Source: Bacteroidia bacterium
Lineage (GTDB): Bacteria; Bacteroidota; Bacteroidia; NS11-12g; UBA9320
Assembly: GCA_965216465.1 (NCBI GenBank)
Contig: CBDCFW010000003.1
Coordinates: forward strand, 128,001 to 192,000
Direction: 5' to 3'
DNA length: 64,000 bases
Positions 38,083-48,340 of this stretch are shown here, piece after piece. The notes beneath the pieces were generated by a model. The model ran no database searches. It was not told the DNA's origin and worked only from the letters and a program-made list of their open reading frames with translations. Each line of letters opens with the position of its first letter. The stretch's first letter is position 1. The position numbers and the translations under genes were made by a program.

Positions 38083-40673
38083 AGTTGACTCTCTAAAGAG
38101 CTTATTTTGCTTAGCGTGTCAGCTTTTTTCTGCTGTTCACGTTCGATAACTTCAGGCTTAGCATTGGCCATAAACTTCTCGTTGCCCAATTTCTTTTCAA
38201 TGCCAAATAAAAATCCTTTTAGTCGTTTGATTTCTTTCTCAATAGCATCGGTGTCAACCTTCTGAACAAAGTCTTTAAATCCAATACTTATTTCGTCTGT
38301 TCCAACCAAGGCTTTAAATCCATTTTCTACAGTAGCTGAAAGTGATTCAACATTAGCAAGTTTCTCAATAATTCCAGAGGCTTGCTGATACATTGCATCA
38401 TCAGTCGACTGAATGGAAACAGAGGCGGCAACCTTTGGCGAAATTCCATTCTCATTTCTCTTAGCTCGTACTTCAGAAATCAACTTAAATACATTTCCAT
38501 TGATGTTTTCTGAGGTGTTAGATGCCTTTGGCCATTCTTGTTGATTGATGAAGCTATCACCTCTGTCTTCAAGAGCTTGCCACAATTCTTCAGTAATGAA
38601 AGGCATAAAAGGATGAAGCAATCTTAAGATGGTGTTGAAATGGGCTTTGGCTTGATCAAGATCTTGTTGTGGAATTGGATCTCCGTAAGTAGGCTTAATC
38701 ATTTCCAAGTACCATCCACTAAAATCATCGCGAGTTAGCTTATAAAGCTCCATTAAAGCATCCGATATCCTAAAGTCTTCAAAATAGCTATCAATTGCAG
38801 TCACTGTTTTATCAATTCGTGCCTGCATCCATTGATGGGCTTTTTCTCCGTAGCTCTTGTAAAACTCATTTTGATCTGCTGTAACTTCAAGACCTTGAAT
38901 CAAACGGAATGAGTTCCAAAGTTTATTGCAGAAGTTTCTTCCTTGCTCACAAAGTCCTTCATCAAACAGCAAGTCGTTTCCGGCAGGGGCACTGAGCATC
39001 AGTCCCATTCGAACACCATCTGTTCCAAATTGATTCATTAACTCGATTGGATCCGGACTATTTCCGAGCGACTTCGACATCTTTCTTCGTTGCTTATCAC
39101 GTACAATTCCGGTGAAGTACACATTTTTAAAAGGAATTTCCTTTTTGTATGCACTACCGGCCATAATCATACGAGCAACCCAGAAAAAGATAATGTCTGG
39201 GGCCGTTACGAGGTCGGAGGTAGGGTAGTAGTAATCAATTTCCTTGCTATCACCCGCTTTAAATCCATCAAAAACACTAATAGGCCACAACCAACTACTA
39301 AACCAAGTATCTAAAACGTCTTCATCTTGTCTTAAGTCATTAGCCGACAATGATGAGTTACCTAATTGTGCTAGAGCTTCATCAGCTGTTTTTGCAATAA
39401 TTACTTCACCAGTAGGAGTATACCACGCCGGAATTCTTTGTCCCCACCAAAGCTGTCTTGATATACACCAGTCTTTAATGTTTTCAATCCAGTGGCGGTA
39501 TGTGTTTTTAAACTTAGCTGGATGGAATTTTATTTTATCTTCCATCACATCTGTAAGAACTTCAGGATAGTCTGCCATGAATTTTTTCATGTTAACGAAC
39601 CACTGAGCAGATAGTCGAGGTTCAATTATCGCTTTGCTTCGCTCGCTTTTCCCAACCTTATTCGTAATGTCTTCAGTCTTGATTAGCAAACCTGAATCTT
39701 CGAGATCTTTTGCTGAAATTTTTCTTGCTTTGAAGCGATCCATTCCAACATATACTTGTGCAGCTTCGCTTATTGTCGCATCTTCATTAAATACATCAAT
39801 AGTTTGAAGATTGTGACGTTGACCTATCTCATAGTCATTGATATCGTGAGCCGGAGTTACTTTAAGAGCTCCTGTTCCAAACTCAATATCAATATAGTTA
39901 TCCGCGATTATTGGAACCTCTCGATTAACAAGTGGCACAATACATTTTTTGCCAACTAAGTTCTTATAACGCTCGTCTTCAGGATGAACGCAAACTGCAG
40001 TATCGCCCATTATGGTTTCCGGACGTGTTGTTGCAATGCTTATGTAGTCATCACTGTCAACAAGCTTGTATTTTACATAATACAATTTAGCCTGCTGTTC
40101 TTCATAGTTTACTTCTTCGTCGCTTAGTGCAGTCTTACCAACTGGATCCCAATTTATCATACGAGTACCGTGATAGATATATCCACTTTTATGAAGATCT
40201 ATGAAGGTGTCGATTACAGCATCGGAAAGATCCGGTTCCATGGTGAAACGCGTTCTATCCCAATCGCAGCTGCAACCAAGTTTTTTAAGTTGTTCTAGAA
40301 TAATTCCTCCATACTTATCCTTCCATTCAAAGGCATGTTCTAGAAATTTTTCTCGTCCAACTTCTTCCTTGCTACTCCCTTGTTCTTTAAGTAGGTTAAC
40401 TACTTTAGTTTCTGTGGCAATAGAAGCGTGATCGGTTCCAGGAACCCAACATGCATTATATCCAAGCATACGTGCTCTACGAATCAAAATATCTTGAATC
40501 GTGTTATTGAGCATATGCCCCATATGAAGAATACCTGTGACGTTAGGCGGAGGAATTACAATTGTGTAACTAGGCCTTTCGTCTGGGGTAGATCTAAACA
40601 ACTTGTGTTGCAACCATTGATCATACCACTTCTGTTCGATTCCATCGGGGTTGTATTTTGCGGATATTTCCAT
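38079..40673 (-). CDS. valS: Valine--tRNA ligase
   Basis: PPPNVTGILHMGH, DHASIATE, WCISRQLWWG, DVLDTWFSS, KMSKS, C-terminal coiled coil. Confidence 0.98.
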   Translation of the reverse strand: MEISAKYNPDGIEQKWYDQWLQHKLFRSTPDERPSYTIVIPPPNVTGILHMGHMLNNTIQDILIRRARMLGYNACWVPGTDHASIATETKVVNLLKEQGSSKEEVGREKFLEHAFEWKDKYGGIILEQLKKLGCSCDWDRTRFTMEPDLSDAVIDTFIDLHKSGYIYHGTRMINWDPVGKTALSDEEVNYEEQQAKLYYVKYKLVDSDDYISIATTRPETIMGDTAVCVHPEDERYKNLVGKKCIVPLVNREVPIIADNYIDIEFGTGALKVTPAHDINDYEIGQRHNLQTIDVFNEDATISEAAQVYVGMDRFKARKISAKDLEDSGLLIKTEDITNKVGKSERSKAIIEPRLSAQWFVNMKKFMADYPEVLTDVMEDKIKFHPAKFKNTYRHWIENIKDWCISRQLWWGQRIPAWYTPTGEVIIAKTADEALAQLGNSSLSANDLRQDEDVLDTWFSSWLWPISVFDGFKAGDSKEIDYYYPTSDLVTAPDIIFFWVARMIMAGSAYKKEIPFKNVYFTGIVRDKQRRKMSKSLGNSPDPIELMNQFGTDGVRMGLMLSAPAGNDLLFDEGLCEQGRNFCNKLWNSFRLIQGLEVTADQNEFYKSYGEKAHQWMQARIDKTVTAIDSYFEDFRISDALMELYKLTRDDFSGWYLEMIKPTYGDPIPQQDLDQAKAHFNTILRLLHPFMPFITEELWQALEDRGDSFINQQEWPKASNTSENINGNVFKLISEVRAKRNENGISPKVAASVSIQSTDDAMYQQASGIIEKLANVESLSATVENGFKALVGTDEISIGFKDFVQKVDTDAIEKEIKRLKGFLFGIEKKLGNEKFMANAKPEVIEREQQKKADTLSKISSLESQL

Positions 40674-40707
40674 GTATTAAAATTGGTGACTTAAAGTTAT
40701 TGCAAAT

Positions 40708-40738
40708 AAAAAAGCCCAAACTGTAAAGTTCGGGCTTT
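40708..40738 (-). terminator. rplS intrinsic terminator
   Basis: AAAGCCCGAACT-TTAC-AGTTTGGGCTTTTTT on the minus strand. Confidence 0.8.
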
Positions 40739-40757
40739 CGGTATAAATATTTTGTAA

Positions 40758-41099
40758 TTATCTTTTTTCTTTAATTCTAGCAGCTTTACCAGATCTTTTT
40801 CTAAGATAGAATATTCTAGCCCTTCTTACTTTACCTCGTCTATTGACTTCAATTTTGTCAATGTTTGGAGAGTGTAATGGGAAAATTCTTTCTACACCAA
40901 CACCGCTACTGATTTTTCTTACAGTAAATGTTTCATCTAAACCAGTATTTCTTTTCTGTAGTACAGTACCTTGAAACACCTGAATTCTTTCTTTATCGCC
41001 CTCTTTAATCTTGTAGTGAACAGATACGGTATCACCTGCTCCAAACTCTGGAAGATCGGTTCTAATGTGGCTTGCTTCTATGTGCTTAACTAAATCCAT
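40758..41099 (-). CDS. rplS: 50S ribosomal protein L19
   Basis: [38 protein letters not shown]. Confidence 0.98.
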   Translation of the reverse strand: MDLVKHIEASHIRTDLPEFGAGDTVSVHYKIKEGDKERIQVFQGTVLQKRNTGLDETFTVRKISSGVGVERIFPLHSPNIDKIEVNRRGKVRRARIFYLRKRSGKAARIKEKR

Positions 41100-41115
41100 T
41101 TTTGTAAAGTGGCTG

Positions 41116-41123
41116 CAAAAGTA
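41116..41123 (-). promoter_or_regulatory. -7 promoter element for rplS
   Basis: TACTTTTG on the minus strand. Confidence 0.7.
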
Positions 41124-41220
41124 AATAAAAGAATTTGTAGTTATTCACAATTATTAAAATAATATGCAAAAAAAAATCAAAAAAAACATTGGTGGTGACT
41201 TGCTTATTTAAAATATCTTT

Positions 41221-41228
41221 TAATTTTG
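41221..41228 (+). promoter_or_regulatory. -7 promoter element for rplU-rpmA
   Basis: TAATTTTG followed by CAGC. Confidence 0.7.
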
Positions 41229-41246
41229 CAGCATCATTAAAGAATA

Positions 41247-41558
41247 ATGTACGCGATTGTTGATATAGCAGGGAAACAATTTAAGGTTGAGAAAGACCAG
41301 AAATTGTATGTTCATAGACTACTTGAGGATGAAGGTAAATCTGTGAAATTTGATAACGTTATGCTTGTAGATAACGACGGTAAAGTGAGTGTAGGAACTC
41401 CAAGCGTTAAAGGAGCAAGCGTTAAGGCAAAAGTTCTTCAGCATCTTAAAGGCGATAAGGTTATCGTATTTAAAAAGAAAAGAAGAAAAGGTTACAAAGT
41501 TAGAAACGGTCACAGACAGTATCTAACTCAAATTCAAATTGAAAGTATAAAAGGATAA
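41247..41558 (+). CDS. rplU: 50S ribosomal protein L21
   Basis: [31 protein letters not shown]. Confidence 0.98.
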   Translation: MYAIVDIAGKQFKVEKDQKLYVHRLLEDEGKSVKFDNVMLVDNDGKVSVGTPSVKGASVKAKVLQHLKGDKVIVFKKKRRKGYKVRNGHRQYLTQIQIESIKG

Positions 41559-41562
41559 TAAA

Positions 41563-41814
41563 ATGGCACATAAGAAAGGAGCAGGAAGTAGTAAAAACGG
41601 AAGAGAGTCGCATAGTAAACGACTTGGTGTTAAAATTTTTGGTGGACAATCTGTTGTTGCCGGAAATATTATCGTGAGACAGCGTGGTACAGTTCATCAC
41701 CCTGGCAACAATGTAGGTATGGGAAAAGACCATACTTTGTTTGCTTTAACTGATGGAACTGTAGAATTTAAAAAGAAATCAAACAATCGTTCCTTTGTGA
41801 ACGTTATAGATTAA
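41563..41814 (+). CDS. rpmA: 50S ribosomal protein L27
   Basis: [31 protein letters not shown]. Confidence 0.98.
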   Translation: MAHKKGAGSSKNGRESHSKRLGVKIFGGQSVVAGNIIVRQRGTVHHPGNNVGMGKDHTLFALTDGTVEFKKKSNNRSFVNVID

Positions 41815-41861
41815 AGAGCTTGGGCGTTCTAGTCCAAGATTTAGAGTTTTCATAGTCAATT

Positions 41862-41895
41862 GAGAAGGTCTCCGCAAGGAGACCTTCTCTTATTT
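41862..41895 (+). terminator. rplU-rpmA terminator hairpin
   Basis: GAGAAGGTCTCC-GCAA-GGAGACCTTCTC then TTATTT. Confidence 0.75.
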
Positions 41896-42427
41896 ATACG
41901 GTTTTGTATTGCTGTGAAACTTCGAATTAATCCCATTCAGGTTGCACTAAATTTTATGCAATAAAAAAGTCCCGGCTCTTTGCGGACCGAGACTTAGTGT
42001 ATCTAACTTGGTTAATAATAAGCACTTCGTTTGATAACAAAGTACCTTTCGAATATACAATTTTTTTGTGACAAATCGATAGAGTATTTTATTCTAAACA
42101 AAAATACCCACCAATGGTGATGGGTAGATTTTTACATATTTTGACCGCAATTCTAATCCTTGAGATTTAAGAATTTCAAGCTGCTCTTTTTGCTCTTGTG
42201 TGGCACTTATATGTAATGGTGGTTCCATAAATTACAAATTTGTAGAATGCCCTGGCAACTGAAGAATAAAGTCAGTACTTTTATTGTATGAAGTGTTCAA
42301 CATCCTTGATAAATCTTAGCGTTTTGCAAAGGTTTTAATAGGTTGCACAAGTACCTCATTAACCAAATCACATAAAAATATGTTAACTTAGTAGCGTAAA
42401 CTACCGAAGTCTAACCTTGTTCAGCGT

Positions 42428-43819
42428 ATGAGATTACTTCTAGCTTGTATTTTTTATGTGATCGCGTTTGTGGGATTCGCACAAAACGAATTGAAGAACG
42501 AACAAGCGGTTATTTCAACTTCAGGTAGTATTATCACCTTACATAATTTTGAGTTGACCAATAACGGAACCATCAGAGATTCCGCTGCCACCTGGTATAT
42601 TTCTGGTGCTGAAGACACGCTTGATAGTGAAATAGGAGGAGATTCACTGTCCGTAATCAACAACTTAACGGTTAACAAAACAACTGGAGATCAAGTGGTT
42701 CAGCTTAAAGGTGACTTTGAAGTGCTTGGGACAATTTCGTTGACTTCTGGCAGCATTAATTTGAATCAATATGATATTGAACTCGGAGAGAATGGAAGAA
42801 TAGAAAGCGAAGACAACAACAATCGAATCTTTGGTTATACGGGAGGTACAATTTTTAAAGATACAAGTTTAAATAGCCCTTCGTCGGCCAATCCTGGGAA
42901 TATGGGATTGGTTATAACTTCTTCTTCTAACCTAGGTGCAACCCGTGTTATTCGTGGACACAACACGCAATACAATGCCGATAGCTCTTGGAATAGCATT
43001 AACCGTTGGTACGACTTTGTTCCAACTACAAATTCAAGCTTAAATGCCACGCTGAGATTTTACTATCTTGATGTAGAAATTAGTCCATATTTTCATGCCG
43101 ACTTAGACATGTGGGAAGATCCAAGCGGAATCTGGACCCAAAACGCAGTACCATTTAATGCTGCAAATCGAGACAGTGCAAACACCTGGATGCAGTTAAC
43201 GGGATTTGATTCGTTAGTTCGAATTACACTCGGACCAGATAGTATACCAATACTGCCAATTGATCTAATCTCATTTGATGTGAATTGGATTGACGCTCCA
43301 ACAATTTCTAATGTAACATGGCAAACTGCAAGCGAAGACAATGTCTCATTTTATACCGTCGAGCGATCGTATGATGGATTAAATTTTGAATCTATTTATA
43401 CGCTGAATAATATAGGCTCTTCAACTGAAATTAAGACTTACAGCTATACAGATGATCAGGTGAATCAACCAAGCTTTACAGACATCGTTTATTATCGTTT
43501 ACGCCAAGCTGATTACAGCGGTGAAGAATTCGAAAGTCAAATCGTGCCACTAATTTATAGCGCGAAAAATGGATTAAGCGTAGCTGTTTATCCCAATCCG
43601 ACTAAAGAAAAGGTTGTATTAAGAGCTTCGTCTAAGGTTAAGAACCTAACAATTCAAGTGCTTGATAACAATGGAGCATTAATTAAGGAGCAAGTTATGG
43701 AGAACATGAGTAAGTTTGAAATAGATATGACTGAACTGACCTCGGGTACCTATTTTATCTCAGTGCTTGATCAAAACTCTGGCTTTAGAGAAGTGGTGCA
43801 AGTCGTAAAGACTAACTAA
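42428..43819 (+). CDS. T9SS type A sorting domain-containing secreted protein
   Basis: Signal peptide; LPIDLISF...WQTASE...YYRLRQ.D module; CTD VYPNPT...LTSGTYFI...VVK. Confidence 0.88.
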   Translation: MRLLLACIFYVIAFVGFAQNELKNEQAVISTSGSIITLHNFELTNNGTIRDSAATWYISGAEDTLDSEIGGDSLSVINNLTVNKTTGDQVVQLKGDFEVLGTISLTSGSINLNQYDIELGENGRIESEDNNNRIFGYTGGTIFKDTSLNSPSSANPGNMGLVITSSSNLGATRVIRGHNTQYNADSSWNSINRWYDFVPTTNSSLNATLRFYYLDVEISPYFHADLDMWEDPSGIWTQNAVPFNAANRDSANTWMQLTGFDSLVRITLGPDSIPILPIDLISFDVNWIDAPTISNVTWQTASEDNVSFYTVERSYDGLNFESIYTLNNIGSSTEIKTYSYTDDQVNQPSFTDIVYYRLRQADYSGEEFESQIVPLIYSAKNGLSVAVYPNPTKEKVVLRASSKVKNLTIQVLDNNGALIKEQVMENMSKFEIDMTELTSGTYFISVLDQNSGFREVVQVVKTN

Positions 43820-44459
43820 AAACCTTACTGCCTACACGAATCATATTTGACCCACACTCGATTGCGTCTTGATAATCACCGCTCATACCCATAGACAAAG
43901 TGCTCCAAGACTCTTGTTCTGCATGGGCAATAAACAGATTTCTTAGCGATGAAAATTCACTTCGAACTTGGTCTTTGTCTTCAGTAAGCGTAGACATTCC
44001 CATTAACCCCTTGCACTTAACATGATTTAGGTTTCGATAATCGTCACTGGCCAATATTTGTTTCAAACCCGAAATGGTTAACCCAAACTTACTGGTTTCT
44101 TCAGCAATATGAATTTGAAACAAGAATGAGATTACTCTGTTGTGCTTCTCGGCTTCCTTATTTATTACACGCAAGAGCTTTAAGCTGTCAACAGAATGAA
44201 TCATGTGAACAAAACTCGCTATGTATTTCACTTTGTTTGTTTGCAAATGCCCGATAGCATGCCATTTAATATCTGCCGGCAAATGCTGTTGTTTGTCGAC
44301 CATTTCTTGCACCCTGTTTTCACCAAAATCACGGTGATTACAATCATATACGGCTTGTAATTCAGCAAGGCTTCTGTATTTAGAAACTACAACTAAATCA
44401 ACATTTTCAATTTCTTGCTTTAAATCTTTAATATTTTCGCAAATCGAATGGGACATCAT
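43812..44459 (-). CDS. yggS: PLP homeostasis protein YggS
   Basis: VVVSK, FGENRVQE, WHAIGHLQTNKVK, LSMGMSGDY, IRVGS. Confidence 0.95.
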   Translation of the reverse strand: MMSHSICENIKDLKQEIENVDLVVVSKYRSLAELQAVYDCNHRDFGENRVQEMVDKQQHLPADIKWHAIGHLQTNKVKYIASFVHMIHSVDSLKLLRVINKEAEKHNRVISFLFQIHIAEETSKFGLTISGLKQILASDDYRNLNHVKCKGLMGMSTLTEDKDQVRSEFSSLRNLFIAHAEQESWSTLSMGMSGDYQDAIECGSNMIRVGSKVFS

Positions 44460-44789
44460 ACCGCGACAAAAATAATTTTACTTTGCCTGGTATTGGCATT
44501 TAGTGCATGTAATTCTGGTAAAAGAAATGTACCAGATGGAGTTTTATCTGAAGAAAAGATGGAAGCCATCATCACTGATATCCAACTTATTGAAGCTGCA
44601 CACCAAATGATCAACGATCCTACTCTAAATCAAAAACGAATGCGTGACACGTCTTTCGCTATTATTTATAACAAGCATGAAACCACAGTTCAGGAATTTG
44701 ATAGCAGCTTAAAAGTGTATACCCAATACCCAGAGGTGTTCAGCGAGATTATGAAACGTGTAGATGAAAACCTCAATAAAACGAAATAG
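44448..44789 (+). CDS. DUF4296 domain lipoprotein
   Basis: Lipobox FSAC; LSEEKMEAIITDI.LIEA, FDSSL..Y. Confidence 0.8.
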   Translation: MGHHTATKIILLCLVLAFSACNSGKRNVPDGVLSEEKMEAIITDIQLIEAAHQMINDPTLNQKRMRDTSFAIIYNKHETTVQEFDSSLKVYTQYPEVFSEIMKRVDENLNKTK

Positions 44790-44792
44790 ACC

Positions 44793-47135
44793 TTGTTTTT
44801 TCCAAAAAACATAGCTCAAAAGCTTGGCTTTGACCAAGTTGTTGAAATTGGCCTCGAGTTCTGCGAAACAGACAAAGGAAGAGTTCACTTTCAGAAACTT
44901 AAGGCATCCAATTCTCAAGAAACAATCCTGCTTCTGTTGAATCAAACCAATGAAGTACGGCAAATTGTTGAAAAAGGTGAATTGGCTTTTCCTCTTGCAA
45001 TCGACTTTGACCTGCAAACTGATAGAGCATTGGTAAAAGGGTTTTACTATAATGAGGAAACAATCGCAGAGATTAAAGAGCTTCTATATGTTTTACAAAG
45101 AATTTCTGGTTATGCCCAGAAACATGCAGAAGACTACCCTCAGCTCTTTCAACTTTTTTCGAATCTTGATATAGATTATGACTTAATCGGTGCAATCGAT
45201 AAGGTGTTGGGGCCTGATAATGAAGTTAAGCCAAGTGCTAGCCGAGCTCTCCAAAAAATATCAAGTCAAATTTCAGCGGCAGAAAAAAGCGTTATCCGAA
45301 ACTCAAATAAATTGTTTAATCAGGCAAAGGATAAAGGAGTTTTAGCCGAAACTGAACTAAGTATCAAAAATGGAAGGGTCGTGCTGCCTGTGCTTTCTGA
45401 GCATAAACGAAAGGTGAGTGGTGTGCTGATTGATCAATCAGGAACAGGGAAGATTTCGTATATAGAACCCATCGAATTGGTGGAGCTGAATAATGAGCTG
45501 GCCGAACTCCAAATTCAACAAAGGCATGAGATTATTCAAATCTTAAAAAAGCTGACGGCTCAAATAGTTGAAGACCTCTACGAAATAAAAAAGGGAGTAA
45601 ACAAGCTTGCTGCATTTGATTTTATTCGAGCCAAAGCTAGACTGGCGGTTGAATGGTCATGTATTCTTCCTAAATTAGGCAAAACTACGCACGTAGAGAA
45701 AGCTGAGCACCCCTTACTGCGTAAGCGGCTTAAAGATGAGGAAGGAGAAATTGTTCCGTTAAGCTATGTATTAGACGATGATCAACGCATAATAGTGATC
45801 TCAGGACCTAATGCTGGTGGGAAATCTGTAGCTCTAAAGACAGTTGGTCTTTTGCAATATATGTTGCAGTCTGGATTGCTTGTTCCCTGCCTGTCAACAA
45901 GTGTCTTTCACATTTTTAAGAATATCTTTATTGATATTGGAGACGATCAAAGTATCGAATCAGACTTAAGTACTTATAGTTCGCACCTGAGAGCTGCTAA
46001 GCATATAATCAATTTTTGTGATGAGAATACCCTAGTGCTCATGGATGAAATTGGAACAGGCACCGACCCTATGTTTGGTGGACCTATGGCAGAAGCCGTT
46101 CTTGAAGAAGTTCATAATCGCAATGCATTTGGTGTAATAACAACGCACTTCAGCGATATCAAGACCAAAACCAAACAGCTGAAGCATGCAGTAAATGCTG
46201 CAATGCTTTTCGACATCAAGAAACTAAAGCCACAATACAGACTTGAGGTAGGTCAGCCAGGCTCATCTTTTGTATATGAAGTTGCAGCCAATATCGGGTT
46301 GAATAAAAAGCTCATAAAACGGGCTAAGAAGCTAACTAACACCAAACAATATGACCTTGATGCGTTATTGGCTGAAGTACAAGAACAGAAGGATGTGTTA
46401 AACAAGCAGATTTCTGAGCTCGAAGAAAAAGCTAAAAATGCTCGTCATCTTGAAAGTGAATACAAAGAGCTTAAAAAAACACTGAGCGATCAAAAGAAAG
46501 TAATTCTTAAGCAGGCGCATGAAAAGGCCGATGGAATTATCAAAGATGCAAACAAAGCCATAGAAAAGACCATTCGTGTAATTCAGGAAAGCAAGGCTGA
46601 TAAGGCCAAAACCAAACAAGCCCGATCAAAACTTGAGAAACAGGTAGAATTGCCATCTTCAACCGCAAAGAAACAGGTGAATGCTGATTTAAAGCCCGGC
46701 GATAGAGTTCAAATAAAAGACACTACATCGGTCGGAGAAATTATTGAGATTAAGAAAAACAATGTCACGCTACAGATTGGTGCCATGGTCACCAAAACTA
46801 AGTTAGCCAATGTTGTGAAGGTGGGGAAGAAGACTGAAAAGGCTGTTAAAAAGTACATCTCATCTTCTAGCTTTAATCATCGGCAAGAAAGTTTTACCGC
46901 CGAGAAAGATATTCGTGGTATGCGTACAATGGATGCTTTAAAAGAGATTGACGAGTGGATAGATTCGGCCATTATTCTCGGTTTTAATCAATTGCGTTTG
47001 GTACACGGTAAAGGAAATGGTATTCTTAAAATGGAAGTGAGGCGTCATTTGAAGCCAAATCCTGCTATTGAAAGTATAAATTATGAAAGAGTAGACCTTG
47101 GTGGCGAAGGAGTTAGTATAATTGTGCTGAAATAG
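44793..47135 (+). CDS. mutS2: MutS2 family ATPase with KOW and Smr domains
   Basis: ISGPNAGGKS, DIGDDQSIE.DLSTYSSH, DEIGTGTDP, TTH, coiled coil, DIRG...VHGKGNG...GGEG. Confidence 0.93.
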   Translation: MFFPKNIAQKLGFDQVVEIGLEFCETDKGRVHFQKLKASNSQETILLLLNQTNEVRQIVEKGELAFPLAIDFDLQTDRALVKGFYYNEETIAEIKELLYVLQRISGYAQKHAEDYPQLFQLFSNLDIDYDLIGAIDKVLGPDNEVKPSASRALQKISSQISAAEKSVIRNSNKLFNQAKDKGVLAETELSIKNGRVVLPVLSEHKRKVSGVLIDQSGTGKISYIEPIELVELNNELAELQIQQRHEIIQILKKLTAQIVEDLYEIKKGVNKLAAFDFIRAKARLAVEWSCILPKLGKTTHVEKAEHPLLRKRLKDEEGEIVPLSYVLDDDQRIIVISGPNAGGKSVALKTVGLLQYMLQSGLLVPCLSTSVFHIFKNIFIDIGDDQSIESDLSTYSSHLRAAKHIINFCDENTLVLMDEIGTGTDPMFGGPMAEAVLEEVHNRNAFGVITTHFSDIKTKTKQLKHAVNAAMLFDIKKLKPQYRLEVGQPGSSFVYEVAANIGLNKKLIKRAKKLTNTKQYDLDALLAEVQEQKDVLNKQISELEEKAKNARHLESEYKELKKTLSDQKKVILKQAHEKADGIIKDANKAIEKTIRVIQESKADKAKTKQARSKLEKQVELPSSTAKKQVNADLKPGDRVQIKDTTSVGEIIEIKKNNVTLQIGAMVTKTKLANVVKVGKKTEKAVKKYISSSSFNHRQESFTAEKDIRGMRTMDALKEIDEWIDSAIILGFNQLRLVHGKGNGILKMEVRRHLKPNPAIESINYERVDLGGEGVSIIVLK

Positions 47136-47138
47136 ACT

Positions 47139-47948
47139 ATGCATTTTCGAATTCTCTTCTTTCTTGTAATTGTCGGATACCAAATTTACCCATTTGTAAA
47201 GTATCTCTTGCCATTTAAAGAAGTGCCTGACAATCTTTTGCATAAGCGAAAATTTAAGCATCTAGTTAAGGATGTTCATCGCATCTGCCTTGAACACAAC
47301 ACGTACTATAGAAAGTTGAGCAAAAAAGGAAGGCAAAAGTTCATTAGCCGTTTACTGCACCTAATTCAGAAGAAAGAGTTTGTCGGCTATCACGATTTAG
47401 AAATTGATTTTGAGATGAAGGTTGTGGTGTTGAGTGCACATGTTCAACTGACCTACGGTTTTAATCGGTTCTCTTTACCGATGTTTAAACGTTATATATT
47501 GTATCCCGAGCAATTTTACTCCCGTTACTTCGACTCCAATCTCAAAGGATTAACAGGCAGAGGATTTGTTACCTTGTCATGGAAAGATACCTTGCATGGG
47601 TTTCAAGAAGAGGATGACAATCTGAATTTAGCTATCCATGAAATAAGCCATGCAGTAGTTATCAATTTCCAAAAACACGGAAAAGATGATTTTCTGATAT
47701 CGAATATGTTCGCACAGAAACAAGATGAAATTCTGGCCCACTTTATTAGGCTTGGAGAACTTCGTCATCAACACACCTACCTTAGGGACTATGCTTTTAC
47801 TAACGAAAATGAATTCATAGCGGTTTGTATCGAGCATTTCTTTGAAACACCTATGGAATTTCAGTCAAGATTGCCAAATTTGTACTCAAACTTGGTTAAT
47901 CTGCTTAGGCAGAATCCTTTAAATGTTACCAACGACTACAAAGTATAA
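47139..47948 (+). CDS. M90 (MtfA-like) zinc-dependent peptidase
   Basis: NLNLAIHEISH, LRDYAFTNENEFIAVCIEHFFETP. Confidence 0.88.
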   Translation: MHFRILFFLVIVGYQIYPFVKYLLPFKEVPDNLLHKRKFKHLVKDVHRICLEHNTYYRKLSKKGRQKFISRLLHLIQKKEFVGYHDLEIDFEMKVVVLSAHVQLTYGFNRFSLPMFKRYILYPEQFYSRYFDSNLKGLTGRGFVTLSWKDTLHGFQEEDDNLNLAIHEISHAVVINFQKHGKDDFLISNMFAQKQDEILAHFIRLGELRHQHTYLRDYAFTNENEFIAVCIEHFFETPMEFQSRLPNLYSNLVNLLRQNPLNVTNDYKV

Positions 47949-48340
47949 TGCTTAATCCATTTCAAATAGGAGACGTAAAGCAATTCACAAAAGAGGTACT
48001 TCCTTCAGAGACTGCAACTTTTGATGTGGGAGAGGTGCATCCTTTTTATGGAACATTTGCCTTAGCTCGCGATGCGGAGTGGAGCAGTAGATTGTTTGTC
48101 TTAGAAATGAAGGAGGAACATGAAGAAGGCATTGGAACTTATGTAAATATTAAACATTTATCACCAGCGATGGTCGGTGAAACAGTTTTGTTTGAAGCCA
48201 CTTTAAAATCGGTAGAGCGTAACAATGTAATTTGTGAAATTAAGGTCAAAGTAGGAGATAGGCTAATAGCCGAAGGGGAGACCGGACAAAAGATTTTAAC
48301 CAAAGAACGTTTAGACCAACTAGCAGAAAGTTTAAAGTGA
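47948..48340 (+). CDS. FlK-like hotdog thioesterase
   Basis: HPFYGTFAL...E, GIGTYVNIKHLSPA.VG, IAEGE. Confidence 0.82.
   Translation: MLNPFQIGDVKQFTKEVLPSETATFDVGEVHPFYGTFALARDAEWSSRLFVLEMKEEHEEGIGTYVNIKHLSPAMVGETVLFEATLKSVERNNVICEIKVKVGDRLIAEGETGQKILTKERLDQLAESLK

Noticed and set aside
41142-41150. DnaA-box-like TTATTCACA (also reversed near 49583) as oriC evidence
   Set aside because: Isolated imperfect boxes, with no cluster and no dnaA or other origin-linked gene in the window.
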